Assembly: GCA_963668315.1 (NCBI GenBank)
Contig: OY764216.1
Location: 288,001 to 352,000, forward strand
Source: Spirochaetia bacterium
GTDB lineage: Bacteria; Spirochaetota; Spirochaetia; DSM-2461
Direction: 5' to 3'
Length of the DNA: 64,000 nt
Shown here: one piece after another, positions 46,632 to 55,904 of the stretch
How positions within the stretch are numbered: the stretch's first letter is position 1
Layout of the letters: each line of letters starts with the position of its first letter
Notes under the pieces: generated by a model
Seen by the model: the letters and a program-made list of their open reading frames with translations, nothing else
The model's database searches: none
Told to the model about the DNA's origin: nothing
Program-made: the position numbers and the translations under genes

Positions 46632-49309
46632 AGCAGCCTCTGGTTGCCCGGTCCGAATAGACCGTTGCGCCCGTTGTGCTTCGCCATGTAAGCCCGCCCG
46701 TCCGCCGCATTGAAGATGGATGAAACCGAACGGAGCCTGTCTTCACAGGAGTGGGCGGCTCCGGCGCTTATTCTGAGCTTGATGGGCCTGACAAATACTT
46801 TTTTCCCTATCCGGGCCATGATTTCCGTACGGATACGGTCAGTGGTCAGATTATCCATCTGAAGGGAAAGGAAAAGATCGACAATAAGGGAAAACTCCTT
46901 GTCTACGGTGGTAAATATCTTATTTTTCTGAATCTTTTTCGTCACGGTATCCAGAAAATAGGAAACAACAGCTCCGTCTCCCCTATCCAGGTCTTCTGCG
47001 GTCACACCGTCTATTTCACGGCGATAATACTCGTACAGCCGGATCAGCCTCTCCCTGGGCGGGGCGCCCTTCTTTTCCGTATATTCCAGGCCGCCGCCCC
47101 GGACTCCCCCCACGTCTGGCCTGAGAAGCCGGTGGAGAAAGGAGATGCAATTGATTTCGAAGCCATCCCCGACGGACCGGTCGTCAAGAAAAAAACTTGT
47201 CTTCAGCTCCTGATCCCGGATGGCGGAGAACAGATCACAGACCTGCTCCTGGAACACGTCCATACTCTTTTCCCTTACGGCGAAGCAGAATTCATCACCG
47301 CCGAAACGGCCCGCCAGAGTTTCCGCTTCCATGGGGCTGCTTTTCTCAAGCATGATGGAGGCTAGCTCCATAAGCAGCTTATCTCCGAAGGAGTGACTGA
47401 CGGCATCGTTATAGATCTTGAATGTATCCATATCGATAAACATCAGCCCGAAAGCCTCTCCCCTATCAAAAAGAAAGTCGAGACGCTTGCTGAATGTCTG
47501 CCTGTTGTAGAGACCGGTCAGCCTATCCCGGGAGCCTCTCATTGCCGTTATGCCCGACTCAAGATTCTGGTCCAGAGAAAATATCAGATCAAAAAAGAGG
47601 GAGAAATACTTAACCATCCTCCCTACTATCTTGGGAACGGAACCGGTGGCGATCCATTCATCATCGTGGGAGAGACGGGTGACCAGATCATTGGTAATCA
47701 TACCTGTGTTGCCCGATAAACTCCACAGGGCGATTCTGTCCAGACCCCTGTGGGGCCAGCGGAGCCCGTATTGAAGAAAAACGGTCCGGACAATCCGTTC
47801 TACCGCCGTTCCTCCCAGATACCCTTCCTCTTCCCTTTCCATGGGAATCTTGAAATAGAAGCGGATATCTTCCCCTATCTGCTCAAGGATTCTGAACTCG
47901 ATATAATTCCCTTCCATCTTGGACTCCTTCGTCAGGGGGGTGTCCACGAGGGTATAGAGATCGGATTCATCCTGATCAAGGTCCTTGAAGATTCTGAGCA
48001 TTTTGGTAAAATCCGAATCTCCCGCATAAACGACCGCATCCCGGATAGAGTAGATCCACTTGATCACCGACAGAGACTGATTGATGATCCGGTTGATATT
48101 CTCTCCGGAGTTTCTATTCCTGATGCGGAGAGCTTCCAGGAAAAGATGGCGCTTAAGCGCCCGGTTGGCCTCTTCCATCTGCAGAATGGGTATGACGGTC
48201 TCGATAACACGGGCCAGAGACTCTTTGAGCATTTTAATAAAACTGTGGAGGAGCACACTGGTGCGCGGGTCGATATTGTTAACGCTCCTGCTTCTCATAT
48301 AGATGTCCATGGTAATGGGCTCACCGGAAAACTGGCTGTATACGAGCTGAACGTTCCGGGCCAGGAATTCCCGGGAAAGATCGAAAACCGGGGGCAGCTC
48401 TTCGGTATAATCCCTGTAGGACCAGGAGGGCTCGCCCGTATCGCCGAGATGGCAGCTGAAGGAGCCCTGGGCAAAGCGGTACTCTCCCTCCTGGGAGTGG
48501 ATCTGAAGGGAAAAATAGTCAAGGTCGAAGAGGGACCATGTATCGCTGAAAAGATTCTCCAGTATCTCCGTGAAATTCTTGCGCCTGTCCTGCCCTTTCT
48601 GCCAGACCTCCCGCTCTATGGAAAAGGAGGAAATAATCTGAAAGAAATTCTCCATCTGCTCCTGATATATCAGCGTCAGCCTGAGCTGGATGAGCTCCAG
48701 AAGTTCCTGGGAGGGAATATAGAAAAAATCGACATAGAGGAAGCGGTTGCCTATACGGAAGATATAATCCCGGGATGACCGGGTTACCTGGGGAACCGGC
48801 TGGGCCCGCTTATCGTAGAGCAGGTAGGCCTCCCGGGAGGTCCAGTTACCCTCGCCGTCCTTCCCTACTTCCAGTTCCCGTTTAAGCAGCCTGTCCAGAC
48901 CGTTGAAAACAATCCTTTCAAAATCACGGCTGCGTCCCAGAATGAAATCGTCGAATGAGGTGACAAGAGTCTTGGTCTTGAAACGGATATGACCTTTTTT
49001 GGACTCGGCGTAACCATACTCCCTGAGCAGTTCGAATACTTCCTGCGCCCGGGAGCCGAAAAGACGTGATAAATCGGCCGTGCTGAAGAGATTATCCCTC
49101 TTTCTCTTATTGAAATCCAGTGAATACCGTTTGATCTCTTTCAGCTCAATGTAACTGCCGTAGTGAATAACATTATATTCCCTGATAACATCGATCTGAG
49201 GGATGGTGCGAAGAAGCTGTTCAATGGTATAGCTCCTTTCTCCGCTTAATGAAAGAACTTCCTCAGGCTTTTCCTGGTCGTCTAATATGATGTTTTCCTG
49301 ATCACCCAC
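46628..49309 (-). CDS. Large cytoplasmic diguanylate cyclase (GGDEF) with interrupted catalytic domain
   Basis: DRLTGLYNR, DMDTFKIYND, RFGGDEF, then ISAGAA and ADGRAYMAKHNGRN after a long insert. Confidence 0.88.
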   Translation of the reverse strand: MGDQENIILDDQEKPEEVLSLSGERSYTIEQLLRTIPQIDVIREYNVIHYGSYIELKEIKRYSLDFNKRKRDNLFSTADLSRLFGSRAQEVFELLREYGYAESKKGHIRFKTKTLVTSFDDFILGRSRDFERIVFNGLDRLLKRELEVGKDGEGNWTSREAYLLYDKRAQPVPQVTRSSRDYIFRIGNRFLYVDFFYIPSQELLELIQLRLTLIYQEQMENFFQIISSFSIEREVWQKGQDRRKNFTEILENLFSDTWSLFDLDYFSLQIHSQEGEYRFAQGSFSCHLGDTGEPSWSYRDYTEELPPVFDLSREFLARNVQLVYSQFSGEPITMDIYMRSRSVNNIDPRTSVLLHSFIKMLKESLARVIETVIPILQMEEANRALKRHLFLEALRIRNRNSGENINRIINQSLSVIKWIYSIRDAVVYAGDSDFTKMLRIFKDLDQDESDLYTLVDTPLTKESKMEGNYIEFRILEQIGEDIRFYFKIPMEREEEGYLGGTAVERIVRTVFLQYGLRWPHRGLDRIALWSLSGNTGMITNDLVTRLSHDDEWIATGSVPKIVGRMVKYFSLFFDLIFSLDQNLESGITAMRGSRDRLTGLYNRQTFSKRLDFLFDRGEAFGLMFIDMDTFKIYNDAVSHSFGDKLLMELASIMLEKSSPMEAETLAGRFGGDEFCFAVREKSMDVFQEQVCDLFSAIRDQELKTSFFLDDRSVGDGFEINCISFLHRLLRPDVGGVRGGGLEYTEKKGAPPRERLIRLYEYYRREIDGVTAEDLDRGDGAVVSYFLDTVTKKIQKNKIFTTVDKEFSLIVDLFLSLQMDNLTTDRIRTEIMARIGKKVFVRPIKLRISAGAAHSCEDRLRSVSSIFNAADGRAYMAKHNGRNGLFGPGNQRLL

Positions 49310-49408
49310 TGAAACAGTATAGAGTATTGTCTTTTTTTTTTCGACATATTTTATTTTTTTCTTACGTATACTTTAAAAAAACAGTATTATATACCCAGAG
49401 GTTTTTTA

Positions 49409-50794
49409 ATGGCGAAAATTGAGATACTGGCGAAAGAGAACTCTCTGTGGGATATCAGGGTGGATGGAATAGAGAAAACCGCACTGGCGACCGGAGTCCC
49501 GAACCGGGTATTCCAGGGAACAGATATGAGCCGCCTGAGAAGCCTGCCCGGCTATCTGTGGCATTCAGACAGGGGTATAGAGCCCTGGCCCATAGAAGGA
49601 ATGGCGGAGGAGGAGAACCAGATTATTTTCTGGGGCGGCAAACTGTCACTCAAACCGGTTGATACTTCGTCCCCCTTTTCGGCGGAGGAGCTGTCCGGCC
49701 TCACCGGTCTCTTCCTTCTTTTCAAAGAGAAAAACGCCGATCCCGCTTTCAGTACCGACGGCTTTTTCCGGACCGACGGCGGGGGGATTTTCTGCTTTCC
49801 CCTGAATCTGATGGAGTTCATACACAGCCGTCAATCAAAAGAACTTCTCATGAGCCGGGAAATATACAACCATCCCGGTCTCAAGGGAGAGGAACGTCTC
49901 TCCCACACGCTGGCGGTGCTCTCCTTTCAGAGCCTGACGGGGGAACTCCCCTTTACCCGGACCGGCGGCTACGAATGGATACATGAGGAGATGAGAAATA
50001 AAAAACTCCCTTCCCTTGTACAGAACGGGATACCCGAAAGCGATCTCACCCGCTATATAGACAGAGCTCTGGCAGGAAAATCATACGCCTCTCTTGAAGA
50101 GTGGGCCAGCCTCTGGGAAACCGCGCCCTCCCTTCCGGGAGCCATGACCGATGCGTTCAGGGAACAGATGACAAAATATGAGGACAGCTTCGTAAAGAGT
50201 TTCCACAGAAGGAAAAACCAGCTGAAAATCATTCTGGTTATCATTCTCGCCGCCGTGGTCATAGGTGCGGGAATCAGCGGAGTCCGCAGCTATCTGGCAC
50301 CTCCCTACACCTTTGAGATGACGCCCCGGGAGGTGGTTGACTCATACTACGATGCCATCAATGACCTGGACTCCATGGGAATAGACGGTACAACGGAGAA
50401 AAAAGCGGGCAAGGCCATATCCAACCAGGTGGCGACGATGTTCGTACTGTCCAAGAACAGAGAAGCCTACTCACAGGGAGACACGATCTCTCCGGAAGAG
50501 TGGAAGGAACAGGGATACCCAGACCTTCCTTCGGGCTACAGCGTATACGGGGTGGGCGATCTGGCTATCCAGGATCTCGGGGAGAACCGTTTCCGGGCGG
50601 ATTACCTGGCCTGGTATCCACCGACGGGCGATCCGGAGAATCCCGGCTACTACAAAGATCCCTTTGAGATTTACAGGAAAACGGAGATTCTTACTCTGAT
50701 CAGGGACAAAAGGGACCGCTCCTGGATTATCGGTGCCATTGAGGAAATCAGTAACGAGCCGGTTCCCTCTTCAGAAGTCCTGCCTAAAAAGTAA
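49409..50794 (+). CDS. Hypothetical single-pass membrane protein
   Basis: 461 aa, SD GAGG, central TM IILVIILAAVVIG. Confidence 0.8.
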   Translation: MAKIEILAKENSLWDIRVDGIEKTALATGVPNRVFQGTDMSRLRSLPGYLWHSDRGIEPWPIEGMAEEENQIIFWGGKLSLKPVDTSSPFSAEELSGLTGLFLLFKEKNADPAFSTDGFFRTDGGGIFCFPLNLMEFIHSRQSKELLMSREIYNHPGLKGEERLSHTLAVLSFQSLTGELPFTRTGGYEWIHEEMRNKKLPSLVQNGIPESDLTRYIDRALAGKSYASLEEWASLWETAPSLPGAMTDAFREQMTKYEDSFVKSFHRRKNQLKIILVIILAAVVIGAGISGVRSYLAPPYTFEMTPREVVDSYYDAINDLDSMGIDGTTEKKAGKAISNQVATMFVLSKNREAYSQGDTISPEEWKEQGYPDLPSGYSVYGVGDLAIQDLGENRFRADYLAWYPPTGDPENPGYYKDPFEIYRKTEILTLIRDKRDRSWIIGAIEEISNEPVPSSEVLPKK

Positions 50795-50806
50795 CGTTAT
50801 GTCGTC

Positions 50807-51787
50807 TCAGGGTTCGGCAAAGGGATCCTGAGACCAGGTGTAGGCATAGATCCCGCCGCCGATGGTCAGATTAAAAAGGCTGAATCCGGCCAGAGCATTA
50901 CCCAGATCGCCCGCACCGGCCATATAAGCTACGGCACTTGCCGTCATGGAGAGTCCTCCCAGCACAAAGGCGGCCTTGCCGGTGTCCAGCAAGCGGTTCC
51001 AGTCCCTGTCGGACGGCATATCCATCTCAACTTTCACGGAACCTTCCTCGTCGGCGACCGCTTCTTCCTGGCCGAGATCGGCTATAACCGCTTTCTCATC
51101 GCCATAGGCTTCCCCCGTAAAGGGATGGGCTTTCCAGTATCCGGCATAATCGGCATCAAAAAGAGAGGGGATAAGGGGAAGATCCCTTTCCCAGCTGGAG
51201 GCCACGACCATCTCTCCCGTATCGATGAGAACCGGCTCCCTGTACTCCACCCTCTTATCTTCGATGAGAGGAGAGATATTCCTCTTCTGCATTACCTCAA
51301 CGGGGCCATCAAGGGAGTAGATCCGCGTTAAAACCTCCGGCTGGTCCAGAGTCATATCGTAATCCAGGTTAATCCCCATTTCGCCGCCTCTAAGCCGGCC
51401 GACGGTGTCTTCACTGCCAATCCAGAAATCACCCTCCGCCCGGTCATCCATTCGTCCGTGTACATGGCCGTAGGAAAGGGTCAGAAGACTTCCCTGCCTG
51501 AGATCCAGAGATTCCACGGCCAGGGCGCTGTTCTCGGCCACCATCAGACGGACGCCCCCCGAACCCAGTTCCAGAAAGGTCCCCTCCCCGGTGATCAGGA
51601 AGTCGCCTTCCCCGATGAGAAGGGATGGCAGATCCAGAGTGTTGACATCCATCTCCTGCCTGACATCTCCCCGCACGAGGGAAAAGGACGCGCCTTCCCC
51701 AGAGACTATATGGAAATAATCCTCCCCGAAAAGGGAAAGAGAAATACTCAGAATCATTATGGTCAGGGGTAAAAAGTATCTGTTCAT
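50807..51787 (-). CDS. Hypothetical exported protein with FecR-like N-domain and C-terminal TM pair
   Basis: Signal peptide; EGDFLITGEGTFLEL and VAENS resemble FecR strands. Confidence 0.65.
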   Translation of the reverse strand: MNRYFLPLTIMILSISLSLFGEDYFHIVSGEGASFSLVRGDVRQEMDVNTLDLPSLLIGEGDFLITGEGTFLELGSGGVRLMVAENSALAVESLDLRQGSLLTLSYGHVHGRMDDRAEGDFWIGSEDTVGRLRGGEMGINLDYDMTLDQPEVLTRIYSLDGPVEVMQKRNISPLIEDKRVEYREPVLIDTGEMVVASSWERDLPLIPSLFDADYAGYWKAHPFTGEAYGDEKAVIADLGQEEAVADEEGSVKVEMDMPSDRDWNRLLDTGKAAFVLGGLSMTASAVAYMAGAGDLGNALAGFSLFNLTIGGGIYAYTWSQDPFAEP

Positions 51788-51798
51788 GGGAACCTCAC

Positions 51799-52641
51799 TT
51801 ATTTAACAGGCATATCCTTCCATACACCGTCGAGGAGGAGACGGACGTCTTCATAACCCGCCTCTTCAATAATCCTGCCGGCCTCTTCATAGTAGAAATC
51901 CAGATTCTCGGGAGAGTGGGCATCGGCATTCAGCTGAACGGGAATATCCCTTTTGCGCGCCTCTTCCAGAATCCAGGGAGAGGGGTAAACGGTATCGGTA
52001 TAACCACGGCAGATACCGCCGGTATTGACTTCAAGAATAATCCCGCTGTCCTTCAGGGTATCCAGGGTGGCAAGGACCTCTTCCCTGTACCAGGAAGCCT
52101 CCTCGGAAAAATAGGCGTCGTCCCGGTTATGTTTCTTTATCAGATCCATATGCCCCAGAATATCAATATGCCCTATCCCTATCATTTCCCGAATATGTCC
52201 GTAATACCGGCGGACCAGGTTTTCCGTAATGCCTCCGCACATATCATTAACAATATGCTTGAACTCTTCAACAGGTCCGTCGATGGCATACCACTTATTT
52301 TCCACCTCATCCCAGAGAGAGTGAAGGGAACCGATTCTATACTCCAGGGGAAGGGTGTCGTAATATTCGTCGGCCGCGGAAGACATCCCGGGGAAATACT
52401 CAATCTCCAGCCCCAGGTAAATATCCAGCTTCCCCGCATACTGTTCTTTAAGGGACTGAATTTCCTTTATATATTTGGGAACGGCCCTCTCTTTGATACC
52501 GCAGCTCGAATCGGGCCAGGGTGAATGGGATGAAAAGCCCAGGGCGTCAAAGCCTTTCTCCAGGGCGGCTTCGGCGTAAGCCCTGGGCTTACCCTTTCCG
52601 TCACAATAATGGTTATGCGTATGGTAACAGGTCTTAATCAT
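51799..52641 (-). CDS. hisJ: Histidinol-phosphatase, PHP/HisJ family
   Basis: YHTHNHYCDG, GFSSHSP, GLEIEY, IGSLH, GHMD, EVNTG, NADAH. Confidence 0.88.
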   Translation of the reverse strand: MIKTCYHTHNHYCDGKGKPRAYAEAALEKGFDALGFSSHSPWPDSSCGIKERAVPKYIKEIQSLKEQYAGKLDIYLGLEIEYFPGMSSAADEYYDTLPLEYRIGSLHSLWDEVENKWYAIDGPVEEFKHIVNDMCGGITENLVRRYYGHIREMIGIGHIDILGHMDLIKKHNRDDAYFSEEASWYREEVLATLDTLKDSGIILEVNTGGICRGYTDTVYPSPWILEEARKRDIPVQLNADAHSPENLDFYYEEAGRIIEEAGYEDVRLLLDGVWKDMPVK

Positions 52642-53102
52642 GCTCTCACTAAAAGGCCGTGCTTAAGGGCCAGATCATTCTCCGGGATCCGGGTGTGCTT
52701 CCTGGTTCCGTCGGGATACTCTAATCTAAGCTTCTCTACCAGCGTGTTAAGCAGTTCCACGTTGTCCTTGAAAATATGGGACATCATCTTCCGGTACAAA
52801 AGCTCCTCCTCCGCCATGGCGTGTCTGCTTCTGTGAAAAGGGGAGATCATCAAAGCCTCGTCTATGCGATGCAGCACTTTTTTTCTGACCTGCTCCTTAA
52901 AACTCACCAGCTCCGCCACGCCGTCCTCCATAAATGGCTTATCATCCACATAGGTCTGGGCGTCCTGTAAAAAATAACGGATTTCCCGGCAATTGTCCAC
53001 TAAACATCTTTCCATGGCCGTAGAGATGACAGGCTTAAAGAAAAAATCTTCCAAAAGGCGGTTAACTTCAATGATGGTTTCAAGAACCTGTTTTTTGTCC
53101 AT
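52638..53102 (-). CDS. Hypothetical helical protein
   Basis: ATGA-coupled to hisJ; SD GGGAG (alternative start 53123). Confidence 0.7.
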   Translation of the reverse strand: MDKKQVLETIIEVNRLLEDFFFKPVISTAMERCLVDNCREIRYFLQDAQTYVDDKPFMEDGVAELVSFKEQVRKKVLHRIDEALMISPFHRSRHAMAEEELLYRKMMSHIFKDNVELLNTLVEKLRLEYPDGTRKHTRIPENDLALKHGLLVRA

Positions 53103-53297
53103 GACATTCTCCCTTCCTCCCATAATCGGCAGAAAGGGGAAGTCCGTTTAATTTTCCCTGTTCTTTTCCCCTTTTTCCTCCGAATCGAGAGGCTCCGGAA
53201 TCTTTCGGTTGCCAAATTCCTGTAAAAGAGTTATAAAAACTATAAGCCCCTCTACCGTAAGGCCGGGAGCAGAGATATCCAGAGAAAGAGGTTCACA

Positions 53298-53729
53298 GTG
53301 AGCGAAACAGTTATGATTTGTACCGATTTTGGTAAGGTTAGCGACAGAGTAATACAGAAGGGAGTCGAATTAGCAGTCAAGCTGCAGGCCCCGGTCAGGC
53401 TCGTTCATGTCATATCAGCCGACAAAGCCGCACCCCACGCCGCTCCCAACGCCACAGATTCCATTGCGAAAGAGAGAATTCAGAAACAGAACAAACTGGA
53501 GCGGGCGAAGGAAAAACTGCGCGATTCGGGATGCCCCTTTTCCACGGCCACTCCCGCCGGGGACGTTATCGAAGAACTGAAAAAAGAGATCCATGAGCAC
53601 AATCCCTATGTCCTGGTCATGGGCGCCTTAAACAATACGGCTATCCATCACGTCGTATCGGGCAGCGTGGCGGGAACCATCCTTAACAGTACAAACTGCC
53701 AGGTTCTCCTGGTACCGGAGGAAAAATAA
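53298..53729 (+). CDS. Universal stress protein
   Basis: ICTDFG, LVHV, LVMGA, GSVAGTIL, CQVLLVP. Confidence 0.9.
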   Translation: MSETVMICTDFGKVSDRVIQKGVELAVKLQAPVRLVHVISADKAAPHAAPNATDSIAKERIQKQNKLERAKEKLRDSGCPFSTATPAGDVIEELKKEIHEHNPYVLVMGALNNTAIHHVVSGSVAGTILNSTNCQVLLVPEEK

Positions 53730-53737
53730 CCCGATAC

Positions 53738-55138
53738 ATGGAAAAGCGTATTGTCTGTAAATTCGGCGGCTCAAACTTCAAATCCCGGGAAAGCGTCAGG
53801 GCTATCATCGATGCGGTTTCTCTCTATGACAAACCCCTCATTCTGGTCGTATCCGCTTTCTACGGTATAACCAATTACCTGACAGAGGGAATTGAAACGG
53901 TCCAGCATAATGAAAACTATGTCCAGAAGCTCATCTCCACCATCAAGGAAAAGAAGATGGAAAGCATCGACTTCTCCATTTCCGACGAAAAGATCCGCCG
54001 GGAAACATATAAAATGGTGGATGCCAGACTAGATGAGCTTCAGAGATACCTTCTGGGTGTTCACTACATAGGGGAACTCCCCCATTCCGTCAAGGACCGC
54101 ATTCTCAGTTACGGGGAAAGACTCAGCTCCCTTATTCTGACGCAGACCCTCATTTCCTGCGGGTTTGATGCCGAAGAAGCCCTGCCCGAGGATCTCGGGC
54201 TCATCACAGACGGAGAGTTCAGTTCCGCCTCGGTGGATTTCCGCGAATCGGAGAAAAATATCTCCCGGAACCTGGGAAACAGACAGATCTATGTGGTTCC
54301 CGGTTTTTACGGCATCTCTCCCGATGGACAGATAAACCTGCTCGGACGGGGAGGCAGCGACTACTCGGCTGCGGCGATCGCCAGGGCGGCAGGAGCCGAA
54401 TCGCTGGATATATGGAAGGACGTGGACGGTTTTATGACCGCCAACCCCAAGATTATTCCCGCAGCCCGTCCCTTGCCCTCCCTCTCCTACCGGGAGGCGG
54501 CGGAGCTCTCCTATTTCGGAGCGAGCATACTCCATCCCCGGACGGTCGAACCTCTGCAGGACAGGAATATTCCCATTAGAATATTGAATATCGAGGCCGA
54601 TCTCTCCAGCCTGAATCCCCTGACGATTATAGACGACAGCAAGCAGGATGGCTCCCATCCCGCCCGCAGTGTCACCTACAGCGATGATTTTGCCATTCTG
54701 CGCGTTACAGGACCGGGCGTGGGGATCAAAGGGGGCATCCTGGGAAAAATAACCACGACCCTCGACAGCCGCGGCATCAACATAAAATCGGTAGTCACGT
54801 CCCAGACATCCATAAATCTCTACCTGGGCGCCGACGACCTCAACCGCTCCGTCCGTGTCATGGAGGAGCTGAAATTATCCACCGTCACCAGGCTGACTCC
54901 CATGAGCGGGATTTCCATTATCGCCCTGGTGGGGGAAGGACTTCTGGATCATCCGGATCTGGCAGGACGGATCGTAGCGCCGCTGGTAAAGGAGGGCATC
55001 AAAATGCCCATCGTATCCCTGGGTGCTTCCGAGGGAACGGCTTACTTCGTCGTATCCCAGGCAGAAAGGGACAGAGCACTCAGAATCATACATAAAAACT
55101 TTTTCGAAAAAGACGATTTCGAATCTACCGGAAAATAG
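53738..55138 (+). CDS. lysC: Aspartate kinase
   Basis: KFGGS, VVSA, GERLSS, LGRGGSDYSA, KDVDG, EAAELSYFGA, ACT domains. Confidence 0.92.
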   Translation: MEKRIVCKFGGSNFKSRESVRAIIDAVSLYDKPLILVVSAFYGITNYLTEGIETVQHNENYVQKLISTIKEKKMESIDFSISDEKIRRETYKMVDARLDELQRYLLGVHYIGELPHSVKDRILSYGERLSSLILTQTLISCGFDAEEALPEDLGLITDGEFSSASVDFRESEKNISRNLGNRQIYVVPGFYGISPDGQINLLGRGGSDYSAAAIARAAGAESLDIWKDVDGFMTANPKIIPAARPLPSLSYREAAELSYFGASILHPRTVEPLQDRNIPIRILNIEADLSSLNPLTIIDDSKQDGSHPARSVTYSDDFAILRVTGPGVGIKGGILGKITTTLDSRGINIKSVVTSQTSINLYLGADDLNRSVRVMEELKLSTVTRLTPMSGISIIALVGEGLLDHPDLAGRIVAPLVKEGIKMPIVSLGASEGTAYFVVSQAERDRALRIIHKNFFEKDDFESTGK

Positions 55139-55148
55139 GATATCACCC

Positions 55149-55904
55149 GTGAAATATGAACTGGAAACAATCCCCGTCTGGGACGCCATGAAGGAGGGCG
55201 GGGAGTGCCTTTTCTGCGAGCTCCAGGAGAAGTCCCGAAACTATTACCTGGACTTTTACCTGGGAAGCTCGGTCATGAACCCCGAAACCCGGCTGCGGGT
55301 TAACCAGAGCGGCTTCTGCCCCGCCCATTATGCCGAACTGACGGCGCGCCGCAAGGCCCACGGCCTGGGCCTGATGACCCATACCTATCTTATGGAGCGG
55401 CAGAAGGAGTGGATTCCCCAGATGGAAAAGCTTCAGAAAAAATGCCGGGCCCTGGGAGAGAAAAAACTTCTCCCCCTTATTCCGAAGGATATCAGGAAGG
55501 AACAGGAGTCACTGATCCGGATGATACAGGAAAAGGAGTGTTCCTGCCTTATCTGCGATGACCTGGCGCGAAGCATGAACCGCTACTACTACACCCTTGC
55601 CTACCTCTGGCGCAAGGATGAGGAGTTCCGCCAGGCCTTCAGGGAGTCGAAAGGCCTCTGCCTTCATCATATGTACGGACTCCTTCCCCTGGCGGAGGAA
55701 GCTCTCAAGCCGTCGGAGTACCTTATTTTCCTCGACGAGCTGATGGAACTGCAGAAGGGGAATCTTTCACGCCTGGAGGGGGAGCTTCATTGGTTTACCC
55801 AGAAATTCGACTCCCAGAATAACGCCAAACCCTGGGGAGATTCAAAGAACGCCCATAAACGGACGATTCAGAAGCTCACGGGAAAAGTCTTCGAACTGGA
55901 TTAA
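55149..55904 (+). CDS. DUF6062-like Cys/His-rich protein
   Basis: GTG start MKYELETIPVWDA; repeated CxxC...GFCxxH / CxxC...GLCxxH; FTQKFD. Confidence 0.75.
   Translation: MKYELETIPVWDAMKEGGECLFCELQEKSRNYYLDFYLGSSVMNPETRLRVNQSGFCPAHYAELTARRKAHGLGLMTHTYLMERQKEWIPQMEKLQKKCRALGEKKLLPLIPKDIRKEQESLIRMIQEKECSCLICDDLARSMNRYYYTLAYLWRKDEEFRQAFRESKGLCLHHMYGLLPLAEEALKPSEYLIFLDELMELQKGNLSRLEGELHWFTQKFDSQNNAKPWGDSKNAHKRTIQKLTGKVFELD

Noticed and set aside
53730..53737. Lysine riboswitch before aspartokinase
   Set aside because: Only 8 nt separate it from the USP gene
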